Assembly: GCA_013265495.1 (NCBI GenBank)
Contig: MU059756.1
Location: 20,607,735-20,671,734, forward strand
From: Vicugna vicugna
Lineage: Eukaryota
DNA length: 64,000 bases
Reading direction: 5' to 3'
Shown: piece after piece, positions 35,565-48,850 of the stretch
Layout: each line of letters opens with the position of its first letter
Numbering within the stretch: the stretch's first letter is position 1
Program-made: the position numbers and the translations under genes
Notes under the pieces: model-generated
The model's input: only the letters and a program-made list of their open reading frames with translations
What the model was told of the DNA's origin: nothing
The model's database searches: none

Positions 35565-38125
35565 AAGAAGCTCTTTTCAGATTATAAAGGGCAGATAGTA
35601 AAACTCATCTCATTTAATCCTCTTATTTAACAGATGACAAGTGTAGGCGTGGAGGTTACCCGGGACCACAGCACGTATGTTAGACATGGTTTTAAATACG
35701 TTGTTTTTTGTTTCCAATTTAAAAATCAACATGCCGTGTTAGAATATAGAGAAAGCTCAGTTATTTGGACTATTTCATTTACCAGAATATTTTATTCATC
35801 ATCCCTGTTAAATCAAGACCAGCTTATGTATACCTCATCCATTTTCCATACCATAAATTGAATTTATACCTTGAAAACGATGCCATGGACCAAGAAAGTA
35901 CAGACTGAATTAACCCAATGTCCCACTTAAAGCCAAATTGCTAATGCTTATAGAAGGATACTTTACCTACTTGGGCTTAAACCTAAATTCTTAGATAAAT
36001 TTTGACCCCTAACTCTTAATCAGGTTTCCTGAATTCACAGAGTTTTGAGTTAATGGCCCATATTCTGCCAGATTCCTCATCAAAACTAGAAGTCAGGTGT
36101 TGTTTAAATCTGATGCTAAGAAAAGTGCATTTTTATAAAAATAAAACTGAGAAAATGTGTAAACAATATAATTCACACATTTAGGAGTCTGGGTAATGAG
36201 GGCCAGCCTTCCCATGGCAGATGGGATTTGGTTTCTGTTTTTCATTCACTGGCATCACAACCAGCAGAAATTGCTCTTCTGAAGGTGCAGCAGGGTTGAT
36301 TGTGTTTTCTGAACACAATGCTGGAAAAGGCCATCAGCATCACAAGTGAATCGAAAATGAGCAGGTACAACTATTGTGCTTACAGCAAGGTGTGGTCAAC
36401 ATATCGCTCACTGCGTAATTTCAACACAGCAGTATTTTTTTTGTTGGATGTTATGAGTCAGACAAGGTCAAATTTGGGTTGTTAAAAATCTGGCAGTCGT
36501 TGCTCAGCAAAGAACATAGGTGCCTTTTCTTTTCCCAGCTGCTCCTGTCTGTCAGGCTTTACCAGAATACAGTTTGGCACAGCTCTGCAGAAGATAAATG
36601 CTGTCACTTTGGCTCATGGAGACTTGACGAAGTAGCAAGCAGCCCATGTCAATAAACCTGTCTCTCTAATTCAAGTTGTGTGTGCCCTCCTAGAAACCTA
36701 ATCCTGATTACGTCAAAGAAAAATTGAGTCTTTTCCCTGGAGCTCCTGTCCCTTTGCACACCATCTCAGAAGGCTGTGGGTTTTTCCTGGATGGTTCTCG
36801 CTCAAATGGTGGATGATCTCTTCCCACTAATTTCAAGAAGAATTTACTGTGGGTAATATGTTAAAGCTTCAGAGGATGTATTTCAGATCTACTCCTAGTT
36901 TCTCTCTCAAGTGCCATGTAGTCTCAAGCAGAAGCCAAGCCACCTTTGGAGAGAAGGTTTCGAAGTGGCCAGATCAACCACGGTAGAGTTGATAGCCTCC
37001 TGATCCACCAGCTTGACTTGCCAAGGGAGACACGCTGTTCATCAGACGTGCCCCACTTTCCTTCTTCCTCTTGTCAGGGCCCTTCGGGGTTCGAGCCCCA
37101 GCTGATTCATTTGCTTTCCCCTGTCAGATGTCTCTGGAGAGGCCAGGATGTTCTCAGATGTCAGTGGCGGTGGGGATCACTTTTCAAACTTTAATGTCTC
37201 TTGTCACTTCTTTCATTCTGGAAGAATTATCATAAAGTACAATCTGCCGTGGAAAAGTTTGGTCATCCCAAGCGTGTGTCTCTAACCAGATACATGAGCT
37301 GGCTGACCTGCTCACCCCTTATGTAACCTCAGATTTCCTGATTAACTCCTTTAATCTTAATTGTTTTAAAGAAAAAAATTCAAAGCTTCTAAAGCTCTTT
37401 ACTCCTCGTCTCCTGGGCACTGATTTTGGGTCCCAGGCTGTCTCACCACATTGCTTTGTCAAAACAATGGCTCTCCCTGGGACTTAAAAAATATAATGAG
37501 GCTGTTCTTTTGCTTTGTAACTTTTTATCTCAGCATGAACTCAACTCTCATCAAGGAGTTTTGTTTATAGTGTCGGGGCTTTAAACATTTTTTTTTATTA
37601 CTTTAAGAATAACCCAAATCAGTAAAGGCTTTAGACAGTAGACCTCTTACTTAGAATATTTCACTTGCTTATATAATCAAACCTATCTAACTAATTAAAT
37701 CTCCTGTTAAATGAAATTATATTTTTTCCAAAGGGAAGAATTTCAAATGCTGATTTTTCACTCTGATTTATAAGGAAAGCTATGATTCCAGAGAACACTG
37801 AACAGGTAGCTACAGAACCAAATAAATGCCCATGTTCTACCTTATTAGCACCCTAGTTACTAATCAGAGGACATGCTGTATATATGTTAATGTCTGTTGA
37901 ATGTGTAGAATAACCTGCTTTTTTATGGGGAGGAAGTGTTGAATGTTAGACATTACAGAAAATGTATGAATCCACTGAATATTAATTTTCCCAGAGAAAA
38001 GACATTCTTTTTATGCTACTTGGTCTTCACCTTTAAAAATTCTTCTAAATATTTTAGTTAAGAAGGAAGCAAGTAAGAAAGGAGAAGAACACACATCCTA
38101 CCCACAAACATACATATACACACAT

Positions 38126-38148
38126 CACACACACACACACACACACAC
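38126..38148. repeat. (CA)~11 microsatellite
   Basis: Direct reading. Confidence 0.9.
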
Positions 38149-39099
38149 TTTTCATGCAGGCAGACAGAAATCCACTCTTCTAGAATGTCACAATTTATAT
38201 ATTTTTCCATGAAAGATTTCTGTGGCCCTCTGTGGCCCACATCCAATGATGCAGACCTTAGAACTGAGGAAGAGACCTTTTAGGGAGCGGATCATACCCT
38301 CTCTGCACCTGGAGGAAAGGTATCGTACCTAGAGCAAGGAGCTACATCACAAAACAGCAGAAGCTATTTTCATTTCCTGCGACTTTTTGCTTTTTCTTTT
38401 CTCTTCCTGACTCTGGCTCAGGCACAATGATGCAAACAATATAGTATTCACTGTGGCAGAGAAGAAGTGAAACAGTGCCCTTAACATTTGTCACATGCCT
38501 CCCAAACAGTACACCTGCTATTAGCCACGTCCAAATCAGAATGCTCCAGAAGCACCCAGAGGCCTCGCAGTTAGCAGACTGGCTGAGTAAGTTCTAAGTG
38601 AGCAGAACTTCTATTGCTTAGTAAAACCCATTCTGTTTGGGGCTGTAAGGAGGGCCATTAAAAATCATTAATTTAGGTGGTTGGTTTTCAATGAGTCTGG
38701 TAAGTTTAGAAATGTGTGAAGGCATTTCTTCCCTCCTTCCTTTCCTCTTTTTTTTTTTTCTGTCTGTTTTTCTTTTATCTTGCTTGTCGCATTGCCTGTA
38801 AGGCACTACTGCTCTTTAGTGTTCAGAGCCTAGGGATGCTGTCCACATGTTAGGCCTCCTCCAAATGCCCACAGCACGCTGGTTGAGAAGTACCTGATTT
38901 AAATAGTCTCAACCAACCTCCTACTTTCAAGAGCAAAAAAGAAATAAGTAAACAAGTAGGTAAAAAAACTACTTGAGAGGTGACAGTAGCTGCCATCTTG
39001 GATAAAAGTAATGTGTAATTGATTATGTTACTTACGGCTTCTTTTATCAGTGGAGGCGGGTCTTTCATGAATGTGGCTTAGATGCGAAAATAATATAGC

Positions 39100-39565
39100 T
39101 GATGTGAGTTTAATTGTGTCCCCACAAAAAGATAGGTTGAAGCCCTAACCCCACTCTAGAACAGTGGAGTGCCTGCGAATGTGGCCTTAGTTGGAAACCT
39201 GATCTAGGCAGATGTAAGCAAGTTAAGAGGAGGGCACACTGGGCTAGGGTGGGCCCTAATCCAGTAAGGCTGGATGACTGATGGCCTGACAGGAAGGGAA
39301 TCAGAACCCAGATGCACTCAGAGGGAAGAGGGCCATGTGAAGACAGAGGCAGAGATCAGAATTAATACTCTCGCAGGCCAAGGAACACCAGAAGCTGGTA
39401 GATGCCAGGAAGGATCCTCCCCTGGAGGCTCTGAAGGGAACACGGCCCTGCTGCCACCTTGATTTCAAACTTCTAGCTTCCAAACAGTGAGAGAATATAG
39501 TCCTGTTGTTTTAAGCCATCCAAGTTGGTGGTAATTTGTTTTAGCCACCCTAGGAAACCAAGATA
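39100..39565 (+). mobile_element. MLT1B/C-type MaLR solo LTR
   Basis: tgtgagtttaattgtgtccccacaaaaagataggttgaagccctaacc..ggccatgtgaagacagaggcagagat..gccaccttgatttcaaacttctagcttccaaacagtgaga..ttttaagccatccaagttggtggtaatttgt. Confidence 0.88.
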
Positions 39566-40294
39566 ATAGCTACTCTATATTTATCCCAAGCTAGACAGGT
39601 TGGCATCATTCAAGGGAGCAGGCAGTTCAAAGCGGTTTGGGGGGAGGAATGTTGGGGGACAGACACTTAACTGGCAACCTCCGTTGCTGCTGGGTGACCC
39701 AGAAGATCGGAGAAGGTTTCCCTTTCTGCCCAGGAAGGCACACTTCATTTTAAATTCCGCTCCCTCTGGATGCTTTAAAGGCAATCTTCACTGGATTCAT
39801 TTATCTAGAGTGAACTTTTAGTTCATAAAGACATACAGGCAAGGGTGGCTGCCCAAAGAGAGCAAGTTAGTCTGGAAGTAAGTTACAGTGCCTGCCTTTC
39901 CAAATGTCACTTGCTGGTGGGTGATCATGTGAAGCAGGCTAACTGGATGGGCTCTCTTTTCTGTGCTCCCCCTGGGGTCTTTTGGTGTTCAGCACACTCA
40001 TGACACCTTTCCTGTGCAACTCTTCCTCAAGGGGTGTCCCAGCCTCCAGGCCACTTTCCATTATCATCACATATCTCTCCTCTGGGCCACCCCCTCGAGG
40101 CTCAGGCTCCATGCTCTTCTGCACGCTGGCACATGGTGATGTGGTGATAATCTCCTTCTACCAAGCCATCTTCATTTATTAGCTGGAATGCTTGTATGGA
40201 GACAGTTACCTCATCATCTAATATTTGGTCATCATCTAATATTTGGGTACACCTCATAAAATAGATGCAAAAGATCAATCAATAAATCAAAATA

Positions 40295-40680
40295 ATTCTT
40301 TTATCTATTTCTTTTCAAAATAACATGTTAGTTTATCAGCATTCTCCAACAGAGATAAATGAAGTTTCAGGTTATCATTGTTTTGTGTTTGGTATCATTA
40401 TGAACTCATGAGCTTAAACAACATGATTCAATCCATGGCATTTATCCTTACTGATGTTCAAACTCTTCTCTTAGGCCAATGGGAGCCTCACTAAATGACT
40501 TTGATTGCTTCTGACAGGAGCCTGGTAGTCTTTGTCAGCATCCTTGCTATCCAGTACAGGTTCTTCCAGGCTCATCTTAGACATCTCCTAACCCAGACCT
40601 GGAATTAGCCATTTCTCCAGGAGGCTTCATCCATTGCATTGGAAATGGAATTTAGTAACCACAATCTGAGCACCTGGATG
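40295..40680 (-). mobile_element. Old L1 (L1MC/L1MD-type) 3' fragment
   Basis: ggccaatgggagcctc..ttccaggctcatcttagacat..cccagacctggaattagccatttctccaggagg. Confidence 0.7.
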
Positions 40681-40974
40681 ACTCTTAGGCAGATCTGGGT
40701 CTGCTTTTCCTCCCTCGGACGCGAAAAGACGATTTGGCCTGAATGAGTCCCAAAAGAGTGGCAAGAGACCATGAGAAGAGAAAGGTTGACAATGACCACG
40801 GAGGAGTTTCTGCAACTGTCTAGGCTGAGATCATGAGGTTCTCACCCAAGGGTGTAGCTGTGGGGAGGGGGAAGAGGATCAGAGCTGGGAGAGATTCTAG
40901 AGAGTAAATTTACACAAGAGGATTTGGCAACTGATTTGGCGGTTGAAGGCTGGAGGGGCCAAGGTAGGTAGAAG

Positions 40975-41130
40975 ATGGCAGACCTGGGCTCAAAGCCTAG
41001 CTCTGTCACTTACCAACTGTGTGATCTGCATCTCACTGCTTCACTTCTGAGAACCCGTAACCTCAACTACAAAATAGGAATAGCCTGCTTCTCTCACAGG
41101 GTGGTCGGGAGGATTAGATGATGCTGCAAA
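40975..41130 (+). mobile_element. MIR SINE
   Basis: gacctgggctcaaagcctagctctgtcacttaccaactgtgtgatct..tctcacagggtggtcgggaggattagatga. Confidence 0.7.
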
Positions 41131-42484
41131 TGACATGAACATAGTATAAAGTGTGACACCTAGGACTGCTAAAAATTAACAATGTGAATTTCCCCGCTGC
41201 CTGACAGGTCTAGACTCTTCTATAATATGAAGGGGTTGGCCCAGATCACACCAAACCCTCCTCCAGCCCTGTCTGCTCCAGCCCTCTCTGAAGTCACACT
41301 TGCTCTGTTCTCTGATAATGCCATGAGTATTAGTAATGGATCCTCTAGCATTTACCTAAACCACATTTTATTGAATATTTTATTGAAAAGATGATATACA
41401 AATTTGATGTTGCCAAAAGAAAAACACATCATATAGCCTTCTGACAGCTCTTTTTCCTATTCGATACCTAAGTTGACGGATTTCACTGAAGAAAAGCTTA
41501 ATGTTTTCACTTAAAATTGCTCCCATAAGTGACAAATGCTGAAAATATTAAAAAATAACAAAGTACTTTAAATGCTAATCAGTTAGCTCAGAGCTTCTTA
41601 AAATACTTTTCAAGACAGTTGTCTTGATCAATGATTTATGCAGCACTCTGGCTTTAGAAAATAAAATATTACTTTAAGTCAATTCCTTCCCAGAACGCTC
41701 CCTGCCCATTAAGTCAGGAATATCCTGTAAACCTTTCTGAAATTATTTGCTTTTTTAAGATTATTTTTGGGGGCTCCATCAGAAGGATTTTTGAATCAAG
41801 ATTTTGAGGATAGAAAAAGTCATCTAGCCACATTAATGATTGATAAAGAGGGATTAAAATATTGATAATATCTTCACTTTTTAAATTGTGAAGACAACAC
41901 AAACCATAAAACAAAAGAGCACAAAAAGTGAAACTGACCCAAAACTCACTTGCCAGAAATAACCACTGTATCCTTCTGAACTCTTTTCTCCATGGGCACA
42001 CACATAACGTTTTAAATATTTTATTACAAGGTACATTTTATTCCTTAGCTTGCTTTTTCAGTATACTGTGAAATATAAAGTTACAAGATATTAATTCAAT
42101 ATATTGTCACCATTTCTATGTGACGGTACATAAGAGTCACCTTATTTTTTTAAGCAATTACTGAATATTGCCCAGTTGAATAAACATGGAAGTGTTTATT
42201 ATGGTCTGACTAGCACTTTATAGTTAGACATTTACGTTGTTTAGAGTGCATTCATGTTTTAAAAAGTCCTTAACTTGGCTGTAAACTTTGGAATCTCAAA
42301 AAGCACATATCCCCTCTTTCTGATTGCTCTCCAGACAGAAACTCTGTTCTCAGTGGTGCGGTAATTTTTCCCTCCTTCAGCAGCCACACTTGGCTGTCAC
42401 CAGCCTTCTCTTGTCAAAGTGTGTTCCTTTTCTTTCCAGTGAGAACTGGGGCCCTGTTTTTTTTTTTTAATTACTCTATCTGTA

Positions 42485-42935
42485 TTTTTTAAATATATTT
42501 ATATGGAAGTACAGTCAGTTTACAATGTTGTGTCGATTTCTGGTGTACAGCATATTGTTTCAGTCACAAAGGAACACACATACATTCATTCTCATATTTT
42601 TCTTCACCATAGGTTATGACAAGATATTGAATATGGTTCCCTGTGCTATACAGTATGAATTTGTTGATCTATTTTATATATATTAGTACCTGCAAATCTC
42701 TAACTCCCAATTTATCCCATCTCACCCCCCTTCCCCCACTGGTAACCATAAATTTGTTTTCTATGTCTGTGAGTCTGTTTCTGTTTTGTAAATAAGTTCG
42801 TTTGTCTTTCAAAAAACTTTTTCTTTATATTCAACATATAAGTGATATCATATGGTATTTTTCTTTCTCTTTCTGGCTTATTTTACTTAGAAAGACATTC
42901 TCCAGGTTCATCCATGTTGCTGCAAATGGCATTAC
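42485..42935 (-). mobile_element. Cetartiodactyl/camelid-type L1 3' end
   Basis: gtttacaatgttgtgtcgatttctggtgtacagc..ccataggttatgacaagatattgaatatggttccctgtgctatacag..tccaggttcatccatgttgctgcaaatggcatta. Confidence 0.9.
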
Positions 42936-43243
42936 TTGGGGAACATGGGCTCTCGGATGGAGGAGAGGTGGGGTATGGTCACCTGCCCTCCTGTGTCACT
43001 CCCACAAACCCAGACGCAGTTCCCCGTCGTCGGTCCTCCAGCATGAGGGGAGGACAGGCTTCTCTCCTTGCACCCTCTCTCTGTGCACAGACCCTGCTGC
43101 TGTGCCTCAAGATGGCAGACCCCCTTCCCACCTCAAGAACAGACAAGTGACCCCACAGATCAAGCAGGAACATGTTTTTAATATAAAGTGATCTTTTCCC
43201 TTCTTTGGCTTGTTTGTAGGTTGCTCTTTAAGTGGATATAATC

Positions 43244-43897
43244 TTTTTTTATAAATGAAATATAGTTGATTTACAATGTTGTGTTAGTTTCTTGTGTACA
43301 ACACAGTGACTCAGTTATACATACATATATTTTTATCATTATAGGTTGTTACAAGATATTGATTATAGTTCCCTGTGCTATACAGTAGGACCTTGTCATT
43401 TATTTATTTTATAGATAGTAGTTAATATCTGCCAACCCCGAACTCCTAATGTATCCCTGCTCCCTTTCTCCCTGGTAATCATAAGTTTTGTTTTCTATGT
43501 CTGTGAGTCTGTTTCTGTTTTGTAAAGAAGTTCATCTGTGCCTTTTTTTTTTAGGATTCCACATATAAGCAATATCATATGATATTTGTCTTTCCCTGTT
43601 TAACTTAGTTCACTTACGATGATCCCTATGATATGGTGTGATAATTTCTAGGTCCATCTATATTGCTGCAAATGGCATTATTTCATTCTTTTTTATGGCT
43701 GAGTAGTACTCCATTGTATACATATACCACAACTTCTTTATCTAGTCATCTGTTGATGTACATTTAGGTTGCTTCTATGTCTTGGCTATTGTAAATAGTG
43801 TGCTGCAGTGAACATTGAGGGGGTACTTGTATCTTTCTAAAGTAGAATTTCCTCCAGATATATGCCCAAGAGTGGGATTGCTGGATCATATTAGTAT
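43244..43897 (-). mobile_element. Second cetartiodactyl-type L1 3' end, running into an assembly gap
   Basis: atatagttgatttacaatgttgtgttagtttc..ttttttatggctgagtagtactccattg..tatgcccaagagtgggattgctggatcata. Confidence 0.9.
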
Positions 43898-44152
43898 NNN
43901 NNNNNNNNNNNNNNNNNNNNNNNNNNNNNNNNNNNNNNNNNNNNNNNNNNNNNNNNNNNNNNNNNNNNNNNNNNNNNNNNNNNNNNNNNNNNNNNNNNNN
44001 NNNNNNNNNNNNNNNNNNNNNNNNNNNNNNNNNNNNNNNNNNNNNNNNNNNNNNNNNNNNNNNNNNNNNNNNNNNNNNNNNNNNNNNNNNNNNNNNNNNN
44101 NNNNNNNNNNNNNNNNNNNNNNNNNNNNNNNNNNNNNNNNNNNNNNNNNNNN
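43898..44152. other. Assembly gap (255 N)
   Basis: Run of n. Confidence 1.
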
Positions 44153-45029
44153 TTAAATTTTGCTATTATTCCTTACTCTTCAAGACCAGTATGTTGTTCT
44201 TTTTTTAAGCTCCTGTTCTTTTTGGCCATTATTAAATAAGTAGATGTTTTTATTTAAGTCAAAAAGTACCATAAGTCTTGTTGGATGATGATGCTAGAGG
44301 GTATATCAACCTGGGTGACTTTAACACCAGCCACGTCAAGGAGTGCCAGCCCTTCAAGGTGGGGAACAAGTGCTCACAGGAGACAGGTTTGATTTTCGTG
44401 AGGACTTCACTTCTATCTATTGCTTGGACTAAAACACAATTCATATTTCAGAGTCACCGATGAAGGCAGAACGCAGAGTCTGTAAGGCCACGAGCACTCC
44501 CAGTCTGTTCTAGCTTATTTGTGACTAACTTACACCCTCCACACTCAGCACACTCAGTCTCAAACATTACTGTGAAATTGTCAGTTGTGCTTCCTTTAGA
44601 CTCAAACCACTTTTCATCATCAGGCTATTTTTAGTTATTCAGAAGATTCTCAAAAGTGGTCAAAGAGTAAAAGTATCTTTATCTTCTCCAGCTGAGCTCA
44701 AAGGTGACATTTTCTTAACTGGCCAGAGAGTTTTAAAAGTTTTAGCCATTTTAAAGTGATACCCATGGCCAAAAAAAGTGCTTACATTTTAAAAAGAAGT
44801 GTTTTGTATGAGCATAGCTAAAATAAAAAAAGAGCTGATTTTAAAGTTTAGCTTTTGTAAACTTCAATGAAAACGAAAAGCCTGACTCTTTTTTTTTTTT
44901 TAAGAAAAAGCTATTTGGAAACACTAGACACAAGCAATTGATAATAAGCAAGCTTGCCAATGTCTCATTTTGGGGGGCTCTAAGGCAAAATTTAAATTGT
45001 CTTTATTTTGTCAGTTCTCAAAAAATGTA

Positions 45030-45835
45030 TTTTAATCATTCAGTTCAACAAATGTATTTTGAGTACCTCCTAAATGTCATTTAGCACTAGAGGCACCAGA
45101 GAAAACAAAAGAGACAAAATCTGAAGGTGGAGGAGGTAAGGGATAGAGGAGGTACACATTAAAGAAAAAGCAGAGGCAAGAGGCAGACGAGGGGCCCTTG
45201 GGACTATGGCGTTGGCAGGTGGAACAGACTGCAATTTAAAAATGTTGGTCAAGGTCAGCCTCAATGAGAAGACGATGTCTGAGCAAAGGTTTTAGGGAGG
45301 TGAGGGAATTAACCACGTGGACTTCAGAGAAGGTGTGTTCCAGAAACAGGACCGAGCCATTGCACGTGATAAGGAAACCAGTGTGGCTGATGCAGGGCAA
45401 GCGGAGGAGAGGTGGAAGCCCAGGTCCAAGGATGAAGGTGGAACAGCTCATGCAGGTCTTGACGGTCACTTTAAGGCCTGGGCTGGGATTTTACTCAGAG
45501 TGCAAGAGGAAGCCATTGCAGAGCTGTGAACAGAGCAGTGGCTTCATCTGATGCATTTCCACTGGACCGACTGCTGCTCTGTAGAGACCAGATCTTAGGT
45601 GGGAAAGGCTAAAAGCTGGTAGACCTGAGAGGAGGCCCCTGCAGTACTCCAGGAGGAAGAGAATGGTGGCTCCCACCTCAGTGACAGTGATGGAGGTGGC
45701 AAAAAGTGTCTGACTTCCGTATACATTTTGAAAGTCAGGCGAACATATTTTCTTGAAGGATTGGAGGAGGGGTGTTGAGAGAAAAAGAGACTCAAAGATG
45801 ACTCATGATTTTCAGCAACTAGAAAGTTGGACCCT
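45030..45835 (-). mobile_element. L2 LINE 3' region
   Basis: cattcagttcaacaaatgtattttgagtacctcct..ggtcagcctcaatgagaagacgatgtctgagcaaag..aagccattgcagagctgtgaacagagcagtg..gactcaaagatgactcatgattt. Confidence 0.82.
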
Positions 45836-46806
45836 GAATGATAGCTTTAAAACTATGGCCAAAAAACCAAAACATCAAACAAACAAAACTTTCACTCCTT
45901 CAACACTAGTCATGTGCAATCCTGCACTAAAGTTCCTGTGTCCTTTCCTACTGATGGAAAAGAAAATCAGGTGCCAGAATTTGGACTGTAAGTGAAAGAT
46001 ATTATATTCAAAGTTGTATTCTGTCATTCATCTTATTTTGTATTGAAGAGCCATGTTTTCTAAATATCACACCTGGAAACTTTCCACAATTTTTTCCCCA
46101 CCTAACGGTTACCTATTCACAGATTTTGCCTTAGGTATAAAGGTGCAAATTTCCACCGCAGCCCAATTGCTTAAAGAATTTTTTTTCCAATCTGCCTTGA
46201 AATTCAAAGATGCTGCTTCAGGCTCGTAGAAGCACAGCTTTCAAGTGATACCAATAGATCTATCCTGCAGGAATTATGTAAACCTTATATAATTAATATT
46301 TGTGAGATGCATTGAGATCCTGGCACAGAAGACAGCATTGAAATCCAAAGCTATCCTATAACTTTCTTTTTTAAATCAGCTGCCAGCTATCCAGCTGGCA
46401 AGGCTTCGAGTCCCAGCTCCTATGCAAGAACATTGCTACCATTTCAAATAGTATACTGGGTTGTTTTTTTGGTTTTTTGTTTTTGTTTTTTTTTAAAGAA
46501 GGGTCACAAGAGGGTAAAGTAATGCAGCATCAGGGAGGCTACAGAAATCCCACTTGTTCAGACACAAAGAGCAGTGCACAGTGAACAGATATGCAGTCCA
46601 ATTCGAAATGTTTCATCGGAGAGCTGCCTCTGAATCCTAACGTTGTATTTGCTGCTGGGGACAGAGCTCTCCACATCGTCCCGTGAACAGATTGTGACGA
46701 ATGAAATGGTGCAGGGCAGCTGAAGCCGGGTGAGGCAGGGTTCAAAATAAAGTCAATCCTATGTCAAACACACATCATGGATGAACCACAGATGAAAGGC
46801 CAAAGG

Positions 46807-46990
46807 TAGGGCTGCTAGAGAAAATACAGGATGTCCAATTCCATTTGAATTCAAGATAAACAATGAAGACTTATTTAGTTTAAGTGTGTTCCAAGCACTA
46901 TGTGGGTTATACTCAGAATTCACTATTTATTTTGAAATTCAAATTGGACTGGGCAGCCTGTATTTTTAATTGCTAAATCTGGTAACACTA
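46807..46990. mobile_element. MER53 palindromic hAT-type MITE
   Basis: tagggctgctaga..aaaatacaggatgtccaattccatttgaattcaagataaacaa ... ttattttgaaattcaaattggactgggcagcctgtattttt..tctggtaacacta (self-complementary halves). Confidence 0.82.
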
Positions 46991-47514
46991 GCCAAAGGAA
47001 AATTAAAATAGCTTATTTTCATTTAACATTATACCACCTTGTACCAATGAAAAACACAGATGAAAACAATTACATAATTGTCTATTTGGTTGTAATGGTT
47101 TCTATTACTTATAAAATGGCAAAAGTCTCAAGGGTTCTAAATGACATTAAAACAGGTAAAAGAAGTGGGTTACACTGGGGTAAAGGATTATGAAGAATAT
47201 TTAAAGATCTACACATCAGAAAATTTGATGTTGCATCAATTCCCATCACTTAAATAATTTAAGCTGTGACTACAGAATGCAATGCCATGAACCATATACA
47301 CGAATCAGTCTTATTTTATAGTTACCCCACTTGCACATTCATTAACTGGATGATAACCTATTAGCCCTGCATTGCCACGTAAAAAACAATCACTGCATGA
47401 GGCAGGTACCCACTAATTTGCCCACCTCTTTTCAGAACCACTGCTGTCTTCTAAATGAAACATTAATTTTTCCAGGCAACTATTTCATCCAATATCTTGT
47501 TAGCAAAGCAAATA

Positions 47515-47811
47515 CAGTCAATCCTCCATATCTGTGGGTTCTGCATTTGTGAATTCAAACAACATCGTATCGAAAATATTGGAGAAAAAAATCAAGACGT
47601 TTCTAAAAAGCAAAACTTGAATTTGCTCCGTGCCGTCAACTATTGACACAGCATTTGCATTGGTTTAGGTATAAGCAACCTAGAGATGACTTAAAGTATA
47701 CAGGAGGATGTGCATTGGTTATATGCCGATACGATGCCATTTTATGTAAGGGACTTGAGCGTCTGAGGATTTTGGTATGGGGGGAAGGTTCTGGATACCA
47801 AGGAACGACTA
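47515..47811. mobile_element. MER2 (TcMar-Tigger) MITE with TA TSDs
   Basis: ta|cagtcaatcctccatatctgtgggttctgcatttgtgaattcaaac..agagatgacttaaagtatacaggaggatgtgc..taagggacttgagc..ggataccaaggaacgacta|ta. Confidence 0.88.
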
Positions 47812-48599
47812 TATTTGATTCCTAAACTAACACATCTGATTTCAGTGATAGATGCTTCCAAAAGGAAGGAAACTACTGTAAATGTTGTGGCAGGATTCCT
47901 TCCATTGGGATGTTAAAATAGCCAATACCTTTTGAAAATATTTTTAAAATCTTCCTCTTCATCGTTTCCAAGGGATGCTGTACCCACCACCCCCACCCCC
48001 GGGAAAATGATCATTTAAGAAAATCTGCCCCAACTGTAAATATTTGGCCACTATTTTTCTTATAAAAACACAAGCACAATTAAAGCATGACTAGACCAGG
48101 CCCAAATGGTCAAGTTACATTAGAGATCTGGCCGTTATGGATGGTTTTGGATTCTGGAGAGACCAGTCTGGATCATTCATACACCATGAGCTGGCTTTTT
48201 CTAAGTTATTAGATCAGAATTATCCAAAATGTGTGGCTCTGGGAACCTGACCTCAAGGTTTAGCTGAGTTGGGCTTTTGAAACATACCAGATTGTAAAAG
48301 AATTTGTGGAAGAAATAACATCTTTGCTGAGACTCTACTGCTGTTTGTTACTGAACAATTTTTTTTTGGACTTTTGTGCTAAATCTGAGCTGGCACATTA
48401 TTAACCTTTCAAATTAGGCATTTAGTAGGCTCAGCTGAATATTTTCTCAATTTGCACAAGAGGGTTTGCCAAAACAGCTGGTACTGTGCTGGAGTATTAG
48501 TTGAGATCTTTGATTTACATAGTCCAAGCACAAACACATAAACTTCGCTTTTGGAGAGGATGACCTAATAGGCGCCGAATATAGTGAACTTTATTAATG

Positions 48600-48850
48600 A
48601 GAATAATAGCAACCACAATCGCTAATCCTTATTGAGGATTAATATATAATTATAATCCAGGCATAAGGTATATTCAGTCATTTAACACTTTAAACAATCT
48701 TATGAAGTTTTATTCCCCCAATTTCATAGATAAGAAAACTCAACAGTGGCTAGACCATGTGCCATAAATTATACAATTAGAAGGTGGTAAAACAGCTTTG
48801 TACTGAGGCAATCTAGCTGCCGAATCTGCATGCTTACCACTTTGCAACAT
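48600..48850 (-). mobile_element. MIR SINE
   Basis: aataatagcaacca..ttattcccccaatttcatagataagaaaactc..gccgaatctgcatgcttaccactttgc. Confidence 0.65.

Noticed and set aside
40211-40246. Exact 18-bp tandem duplication (also short 11-13 bp duplications near 21239 and 49057)
   Set aside because: Ordinary slippage products with no sign of function.
43815-44156. ORFs running through N runs (also 63662-63975)
   Set aside because: Artefacts of assembly gaps inside L1 elements.
44278-44463. ORF containing LGDFN, like an APE endonuclease motif
   Set aside because: Only five residues match; the flanks do not resemble L1/L2/CR1 endonuclease. Probably chance.
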